Origin: an uncultured Holophagales bacterium
GTDB lineage: Bacteria > Acidobacteriota > Thermoanaerobaculia > Multivoradales > UBA5704
Length of the DNA: 64,000 bases
Direction: 5' to 3'
Assembly: GCA_963842525.1 (NCBI GenBank)
Contig: CAWJGT010000009.1
Coordinates: 736,001-800,000, forward strand
This document shows positions 58,014 through 64,000 of this stretch, in pieces (position 1 is the stretch's first letter; each line of letters begins with the position of its first letter). The position numbers were made by a program, and so were the translations under genes. Under the pieces are notes generated by a model. That model did no database searches, was not told where the DNA came from, and worked only from the letters and a program-made list of their open reading frames with translations.

Positions 58014-60103
58014 TCCGCGGTCAGCTCCGACCAGAGGAAGCTCAGCTCGTCGGCGGCCTCCTCGATCTGCTTCGACATCGGCTTGCCGCTGCCGTGCCCG
58101 GCGCGCGTCTCGACCCGGATCAGCACCGGCGCCGGGCCCGCCTGCGCGTGCTGCAGGGCGGCGGCGAACTTGTAGCTGTGCACCGGCACCACGCGGTCGT
58201 CATGATCGGCCGTCACGATCAGCACGGCCGGGTACTCCACCCCGGGCCGCGCGTTGTGGTACGGCGAATAGGAATGGAGCACCCGCAGCTCTTCCGGGTC
58301 CTCGGGCGATCCGTAGTCCGAGACCCACCCCCAGCCGATCGTGAACTTGTGGAAGCGCAGCATGTCGAGCACCCCGACCCCCACCAGGGCCGCCCGGAAG
58401 AGGTCCGGACGCTGGATCAGCGTGGCGGCGGCCACCAGCCCTCCGTTGCTGTGGCCGCCGATCGCCAGGTGCTGCCGCGAGGTGTAGCCGTTGGCGATCA
58501 GCCACTCGGCGGCGGCAATCATGTCGTCGAATGTGTTTTGCTTGCGCACCCGGGTGCCCGCCTGGTGCCAGTCCTCCCCGTACTCGCCGCCGCCCCGCAG
58601 GTTGGCCACGGCATAGATCCCGCCGCGCTCCATCCAGACCAGGCTGGGCACCGAAAAGGCGGGGGTCATGGGGGTGTTGAACCCGCCGTAGCCGTAGAGG
58701 TAGACCGGTGTGTCGGCGGCGGGCTCGAGCCCCCTTTTGAAGGTGAGGAACATCGGCACCCGGGTGCCGTCCCGGCTCTCGAAGAAGACCTGGCGGGTCT
58801 CGAAGCCCGATGGATCGAACGCCACCTGCGGACGGCCGAAGACGGCGATCTCGCCGCGGTCGAGGTCGTAGCGGTAGACGGTGTCCGGCGCGGTGTAGCT
58901 GGCGAAGGAGAAGAAGGTCTCGCGGTCCCCGTGCTTGCCGGCGAAGCCGGCCACGGTGCCGAGCCCCGGCAGGTCGAGCTCGCCCAGGGGCTGGCCGTCG
59001 AGGCCATAGAGGCGGACCTGGGCGGAGGCGTCCCGCAGGTAGTGGGCGATGAAGCGGTCGCCCACGCAGGTCACGGCCTGCAGCGCCTCCTCCGTCTCCG
59101 GGATCAGCTCCTGCCAGCGCTCGGGGGCCGGATCGCGCAGGTCCACGGCCAGGAGGCGGCTGCACGGCGCCGCGAGGTCGGTCAACAGCCAGACGACGGA
59201 CCCGCGGCTGCCCACGAACATGTACGACGCCTCGAAAGCGCCGGGCAGCTCGATCACCGGCAAGCCCGGCTGCCCGAGATCGCGGTAAAGGATCGAGTTC
59301 TCGTCCTTGGTCCCCTTCCAGGCGTGGATGATCAGATACCGGCCGTCCTCGGTGATGTAGGGGACGAACCCCATCTCCTTGTCGTCGGGGCGATGGTAGA
59401 CGAGCTCGTCTTCGGACTGCGGCGTGCCGAGCCGGTGGTAGTACATCCTCTGCCAGAAGTTCGCCTCGTCGAGACGGCGCCCGTCCTGCGGCTCGTCATA
59501 GCGGCAATAGAAGAAGCCGGCGCCGTCATGGGTCCAGGCCGACTGGGAGAACTTGACCCAGCGCAGGACATCGGGCAGGTCCTCGCCGGTTTCGACGTCG
59601 CGGACCCGCCACTCCTGCCAGTCGGAGCCGGCGTGCGCCAGGCCGTAGGCGACCCGCCGGCCGTCCTCGCTGGGGTTGAACAGGGCGAGAGCGACCGTGC
59701 CGTCGTGCGAGAGCTCGTTGGGGTCGATCAGGACGCGCGGCTCGCCGTCCAGGCGGTCCAACATGCAGAGGACGCTCTGGTCCTGGAGCCCGTCGTTCTT
59801 GGTGAAGAAATAGCGTCCCCCCTGGCGGACCGGGATGCCGTAGCGCTCGAAGCTCCAGAGGTCGGTCAGGCGCTGGCGGATCTCCGCCCGCTCGGGGATG
59901 TCCTGCAGGTAGCAGGCGGTGACCCGGTTCTGGGCCATCACCCAGGACCGGGTCAGCTCCGAATCCAGGTCCTCCAGCCAGCGATAGGGATCGGGCACGG
60001 CGATGCCGTGGTGGACGTCGACGTGGTCGACGCGGGGCGTATCGGGGTACGCGAGCCGTCTCGCCAGCGGCGGCCCGACAGGGATCTGCATCTCGGCGCT
60101 CAT
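58010..60103 (-). CDS. Prolyl oligopeptidase (S9A)
   Basis: DPYRWLE, YGYGGF, RGGGEYG, GHSNGG, DHDDRV, AGHG. Confidence 0.95.
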   Translation of the reverse strand: MSAEMQIPVGPPLARRLAYPDTPRVDHVDVHHGIAVPDPYRWLEDLDSELTRSWVMAQNRVTACYLQDIPERAEIRQRLTDLWSFERYGIPVRQGGRYFFTKNDGLQDQSVLCMLDRLDGEPRVLIDPNELSHDGTVALALFNPSEDGRRVAYGLAHAGSDWQEWRVRDVETGEDLPDVLRWVKFSQSAWTHDGAGFFYCRYDEPQDGRRLDEANFWQRMYYHRLGTPQSEDELVYHRPDDKEMGFVPYITEDGRYLIIHAWKGTKDENSILYRDLGQPGLPVIELPGAFEASYMFVGSRGSVVWLLTDLAAPCSRLLAVDLRDPAPERWQELIPETEEALQAVTCVGDRFIAHYLRDASAQVRLYGLDGQPLGELDLPGLGTVAGFAGKHGDRETFFSFASYTAPDTVYRYDLDRGEIAVFGRPQVAFDPSGFETRQVFFESRDGTRVPMFLTFKRGLEPAADTPVYLYGYGGFNTPMTPAFSVPSLVWMERGGIYAVANLRGGGEYGEDWHQAGTRVRKQNTFDDMIAAAEWLIANGYTSRQHLAIGGHSNGGLVAAATLIQRPDLFRAALVGVGVLDMLRFHKFTIGWGWVSDYGSPEDPEELRVLHSYSPYHNARPGVEYPAVLIVTADHDDRVVPVHSYKFAAALQHAQAGPAPVLIRVETRAGHGSGKPMSKQIEEAADELSFLWSELTAE

Positions 60104-60161
60104 CAGTCCAAAAACATCCGGGGTCTGGGACGCACCAGACACCCGCCATAAAGATAGGTGC

Positions 60162-62012
60162 TCAAAGATACCCCAGTGAGCGCAGGCTCTCCAGATATTC
60201 CTTCCCTTCCGGCGTACGAGAGGGCGCCGATCCCCTCTCGCCATAGCCGGCGACGACCACCGGCGGCGCGGGCCAGACGCACTCCGGCGGCGGCGGCGGC
60301 AGCTCTTCGCTCTGCGGCAGGCCCACGGCGCGCAGCAGGGCCGCGGCGACCGCTTCGGGCGTGGTGGAAGGCCGCGGCAACGACGGGTTGTGCCCGCACC
60401 CCTGCCCTCGACGCCAGAGGAGGACCCGTCCCTCTCCTCCGATCCGGCGCCGGCCCGGATCGAGCACCACGGCCACGGTGCCGATCCCCGCGGGCACGGT
60501 CCTCCGGAGGAGCAGGTCCGCGGCCCGCAGCTCGGACCGCATCAGGTCGGCGAAGGCGACGTCCCCGCCGGCCCAGCGGTCGGCGGCGATGTCGAGCGCC
60601 GGCAGGTAGAGGGCGGCGGCGCGCGGCGCGGCGGCGATCCGGTCCTCGAGGACCTGCCGGTAGAAGCGATCGGGGAGCACGGCCCGCTCCAGGACCGATG
60701 CAGCCGCATCGGCAGGCAAGGCGGCCCGCAGCCGGCCTTCCAGGCCGTCGCCCACCGGCCGGGCGGCCTCACGGGCGAGCTGACGCAGCGGCCCTGAGTC
60801 CGGTTCGGGAGCGACCGCCCCCTGCGCACCTTCGTGCAGGAGCTGGTAGGCGCCATGGGCCACCACCAAGCCGGGGAGCTGGCCGGCCGGGAAGGTGGCC
60901 CACCAGTTCACAGCGACGACGGGAGCGCCGCTCCGCGACGCGAGCTCCCAGAGCGTGAAAGCACTGCGCCGGTTGGCGAGCACCGGCCGGTATTCGGCGA
61001 GCCCCAGGGGCACCTCGACACCGCTCCACCAGGTGCGCAGCGGCCCGGTGCGCGCGAGCGGCGTGGCGACCCCGAGCGGCCGGAAGCTGTCGAGCGCCGT
61101 GACGCCATGGTCCGGGCCGGGCAGGCCGGTGGCGACGGACGTCCAGAACGAGGCCGGCGGCTCGTCCCGCCGCGGATAGCTCCAGATCCGCCCTCCGGCG
61201 TGGGACAGAGCGGCGAGGGTCGGCAGATCGCCCACGGCCAGCAGGTAATCCACCTCCTCCGGCAGCACGCCGTCGATCCCGACGAGGAGCACCCGCTCGC
61301 CCGCGGCCATGGGGAGCCCGGACGGCAGCGGAGGGGTCTCCTCCCGGCGGGCCGAGAGGACCACCGGCAGGGTGAGGAGGAACGCCGCGCCGAGGATCGC
61401 CAGCCCCAGCCAGCGCCGCGAGAACAGCCGTCCGGCCGGCGCCGCGTCGGTGAAGCGGATGGCCAGGGCGAGCAGGCCGTCGTAGACGAGCTTGACCAGG
61501 GCATAGACCGCGATGGGGGCCGCGAGGCCGAGCACGGCGGCCAGCGGCGCGTTGCCTTCGGCGAGCAGCGTCCGCGCTCCACGCAGGGCGAGGGCCAGCG
61601 CCCCACCTCCCGCGAGCAGGGCGGCGACGAGCGCCAGGGTCTCGATGCGCCGCACGTGGTAGAGCCGCAGGACGAGCAAAAGCACACCGCAGAGCGCCAG
61701 GAAGCCGAGGGCGATGACGGCCGAGATCGGCGGGAACAGATGGAGGAAGAGAGCCAGGGTGTCGAGGACGAGGTCGAGCACCCGGGTACCGGGCAAGGCG
61801 TTGGCGATCACCAGCGCCAGGGCGAGGGCCAGGGCCGTCACCACCCCGGCGAGGAGGCCGACCTTGAGCGTGAGCAACGCCAGGGTGCGCCCCGGCCGGC
61901 GGGGGCGGAGGGCGTCCTGCAGCAGGAAGCGCTCGAAGCCGTGGTTGAGATATCCCAGCCGCCGCAGCTCCGAGCGCACCCGTTCGAGATCGTGGTCGGC
62001 CGTCTCCTCCAT
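60162..62012 (-). CDS. Membrane protein with alkaline phosphatase/NPP-superfamily domain
   Basis: About 6 TM; LLVGIDG, WTSVATG..PDHG, VNWWATFP. Confidence 0.78.
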   Translation of the reverse strand: MEETADHDLERVRSELRRLGYLNHGFERFLLQDALRPRRPGRTLALLTLKVGLLAGVVTALALALALVIANALPGTRVLDLVLDTLALFLHLFPPISAVIALGFLALCGVLLLVLRLYHVRRIETLALVAALLAGGGALALALRGARTLLAEGNAPLAAVLGLAAPIAVYALVKLVYDGLLALAIRFTDAAPAGRLFSRRWLGLAILGAAFLLTLPVVLSARREETPPLPSGLPMAAGERVLLVGIDGVLPEEVDYLLAVGDLPTLAALSHAGGRIWSYPRRDEPPASFWTSVATGLPGPDHGVTALDSFRPLGVATPLARTGPLRTWWSGVEVPLGLAEYRPVLANRRSAFTLWELASRSGAPVVAVNWWATFPAGQLPGLVVAHGAYQLLHEGAQGAVAPEPDSGPLRQLAREAARPVGDGLEGRLRAALPADAAASVLERAVLPDRFYRQVLEDRIAAAPRAAALYLPALDIAADRWAGGDVAFADLMRSELRAADLLLRRTVPAGIGTVAVVLDPGRRRIGGEGRVLLWRRGQGCGHNPSLPRPSTTPEAVAAALLRAVGLPQSEELPPPPPECVWPAPPVVVAGYGERGSAPSRTPEGKEYLESLRSLGYL

Positions 62013-62042
62013 GGGGGGTAGTGTAACCTCACCCCCTGGCCG

Positions 62043-62750
62043 TCACCCCGCCACCGCTTCGATCCTGCCGTCCTCCAGCTCGCGGAAGAAGTCCACCAGC
62101 TCGGAGGACGAGCTCGCCATCTCCATGGTCAGACGATCGATCCGCTGCGTCAGGTAGTTGAACATCCACGCGGCCGGGATGGCGACCACCAGGCCCAGGG
62201 CGGTGGTCACCAGCGCCTCGGAAATCCCCTGCGAGACGGTGGCGGACCCGCCACCACCCCCCTGTCGGGCGATGCTGTCGAAGGCGTGGATGATGCCGAT
62301 CACCGTGCCGAACAGGCCGATGAACGGCGCGGTCGTGGCGATCGTGGCCAGGGTACCGATGCCGCGCCGGAGGTCGGCCGTGGTCTGCCAGGCGGATCGT
62401 TCGAGGGCCCGCTCCGCGGCCTCGATGATTTCGGCGGACGGGGCCGAGCCCCGGGCCTTTTTGCGCTGGAACGTGGCGAGCCCGGCCGAGACCACCCGGG
62501 CGAGGTGACTGTGCGGGAACTTCTCGGCCGCCTCGAGCGCCGACTGCAGCCAGTTCTCCTCGCGGCTCGAGGACAGCACCTGGGCGAAGCGCACCGACTG
62601 CCGCCGTGCGCGGGCGAAGACGATCAACCGTTCGATGGAGACCGCCAGCGACCAGACCGAAAGAAGGGCCAGGATCGCAATGACCACCAGACCCGTATTG
62701 CTCATCTGGTCCAGACGCAGAGCGGAGATGACGTCCGCGGCACTGTGCAT
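62043..62750 (-). CDS. MotA/TolQ/ExbB proton-channel family protein
   Basis: LATIATTAPFIGLFGTVIGI, GISEALVTTALGL.VAIPA. Confidence 0.92.
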   Translation of the reverse strand: MHSAADVISALRLDQMSNTGLVVIAILALLSVWSLAVSIERLIVFARARRQSVRFAQVLSSSREENWLQSALEAAEKFPHSHLARVVSAGLATFQRKKARGSAPSAEIIEAAERALERSAWQTTADLRRGIGTLATIATTAPFIGLFGTVIGIIHAFDSIARQGGGGGSATVSQGISEALVTTALGLVVAIPAAWMFNYLTQRIDRLTMEMASSSSELVDFFRELEDGRIEAVAG

Positions 62751-62880
62751 GAAAAGCTCCTTTCCGCCCGCGCAAATCGCGGGACGACGTGCCTCCAAGG
62801 CAAACAGTTCCGGGAGCGCTCCCTCGTTCGAATTGGACGGGGGAAAGCGGGATTTGGTTCCGGGGTCAGGGAGACGGGAT

Positions 62881-63792
62881 CTACTTCGATCTTTGGCTGA
62901 CGAACTGCACCAGCTCGCGCAGCGGGTCGGCCTTGCGGCCCAGGGGCTCGAGGGAGTCCACGGCGAAGCCGAGCAGCTCGCGCGCCAGGGCCTGGGCGCC
63001 GGGCACTCCGAGGAGCTTGACGAAGGTCACCTTGCCGGCGTCCTTGCCGGTGTCCTTGCCCGTCTCCTCCGGCGTGGCAAGCACGTCCAGCACGTCGTCC
63101 GCGATCTGGAAGGCGAGCCCCAGGTTCTTGGCGAAGCGGCTCACGGTCTCCAGGTCGCGACGGCGGGCGTCCGCGGCGATCGCGCCCAGCTCGGCGGCGG
63201 CCATGAACAGCGCGCCGGTCTTGTGGCTGTGGATGTATTCGAGGAGGCTCAGGTCCATCGCCTCCGGCTGCGACAGGAGGTCGAGCGCCTGGCCGCCGAT
63301 CAGGCCGCCGCTGCCGATCGCGGCGGCCAGGTGGTGGACCATGTCCTCCGGGGTGTAGCGCCGCAGCGAGAGCCGGTGCGCGCACTCGGCCACCAGGGCA
63401 TAGGACCGGTTGAGCAGCGCCAGGGCGGCGAGGAGGGCCACCGACTCGCCGAAGGCGCGGTGGACGGTGGGCCGGCCCCGCCGCAGGTTGGCGTCGTCCA
63501 TCGACGGCAGGTCGTCGAGCACCAGCGAGCAGGCGTGCACCATCTCGACCGCGCACGCCAAGTCGAGCACCGGGGCCGACCGCTGGCCGAAGAGCTCGGC
63601 CACCATGAGGGTGAGGACCGGCCGTACACGCTTGCCAGGGCCGGTCAGGGCATAGGCCATGGCCTGGTGGACGGTCTCCGGCCGCTGCTCCGCCGGCGGC
63701 AGGAGCTGCGGAAGACGGCGGTCCACCCTCTCCGCCAGGGCGGCCAGGCCGCCGGCCAGAGCGCGCGGGTGGGCAGCGGTCGTCGAGGTCAA
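62881..63792 (-). CDS. Polyprenyl (farnesyl/geranylgeranyl) diphosphate synthase
   Basis: GKRVRP, LVLDDLPSMDD..LRRG, GQALDL, KTGAL, FQIADD. Confidence 0.95.
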   Translation of the reverse strand: MTSTTAAHPRALAGGLAALAERVDRRLPQLLPPAEQRPETVHQAMAYALTGPGKRVRPVLTLMVAELFGQRSAPVLDLACAVEMVHACSLVLDDLPSMDDANLRRGRPTVHRAFGESVALLAALALLNRSYALVAECAHRLSLRRYTPEDMVHHLAAAIGSGGLIGGQALDLLSQPEAMDLSLLEYIHSHKTGALFMAAAELGAIAADARRRDLETVSRFAKNLGLAFQIADDVLDVLATPEETGKDTGKDAGKVTFVKLLGVPGAQALARELLGFAVDSLEPLGRKADPLRELVQFVSQRSK

Positions 63793-63796
63793 CGGA

Positions 63797-64000
63797 CTAG
63801 AAGCCCGCGCAGGCCTGGTCCTCGGTATCGTCGATGTCGAAGACCTGGGCGAGCTGTGTGATCTGCAGGACGAACTGGACCTTGTCCGGGAGGCATGCGA
63901 GACGGAGCTTCGCCCCCCGATTGGTTGTCGACGTATAGGCGCCCACCAGCTCGCCGATCGCTGTCGAGTCGATCGTCGTGACGTCCTTCATGTTGATGAC
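63797..64000 (-). CDS. STAS anti-sigma-factor antagonist (5' partial)
   Basis: IDSTAIGELV, LQITQLAQVF. Confidence 0.85.
   Translation of the reverse strand, partial: VINMKDVTTIDSTAIGELVGAYTSTTNRGAKLRLACLPDKVQFVLQITQLAQVFDIDDTEDQACAGF

Overview
GC-rich bacterial DNA; gene content and codon style suggest Acidobacteriota (Thermoanaerobaculia-like), which is an inference. Many genes carry single-base frameshifts, most likely unpolished long-read indels. Five blocks: (1) 1-24.5 kb, an anaerobic/redox region with a PAS hybrid kinase, a NarL-type regulator, nrfHA (CxxCH-type NrfA), two Usp genes, a P1B ATPase-hemerythrin fusion, a CoA-transferase, and a NapC + monoheme c + decaheme MtrA/MtrB-like conduit, linked by shared palindromic promoter motifs. 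(2) 24.5-30.7 kb, an integrative element (integrase, AlpA, Rep, DnaC-like ATPase, two degenerate recombinases). It holds four ~155-bp units, each a different AT-rich palindrome at a fixed distance from a conserved ATCTCC-N15-TTAC box, an RBS and an ATG. (3) 30.8-40.4 kb, mostly housekeeping (UDG, HD-GYP, ndk, sucDC). (4) 40.9-54.5 kb, an accessory island: TPR-GT9, a secreted Hint-domain protein between 47-bp direct repeats, a LecA-like lectin, an S8 protease, a GT71-like glycosyltransferase and a methyltransferase sharing an unrecognised ~80-aa repeat domain, a further methyltransferase, and a LecA-fused vertebrate-type protein-arginine deiminase. (5) 54.7-64 kb, housekeeping (yibQ-like, S41-like, envC, prolyl oligopeptidase, tolQ/exbB, polyprenyl synthase, STAS). 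No rRNA, tRNA or CRISPR array was seen. The best candidates for undescribed systems are block 4 and the palindrome-unit array in block 2.
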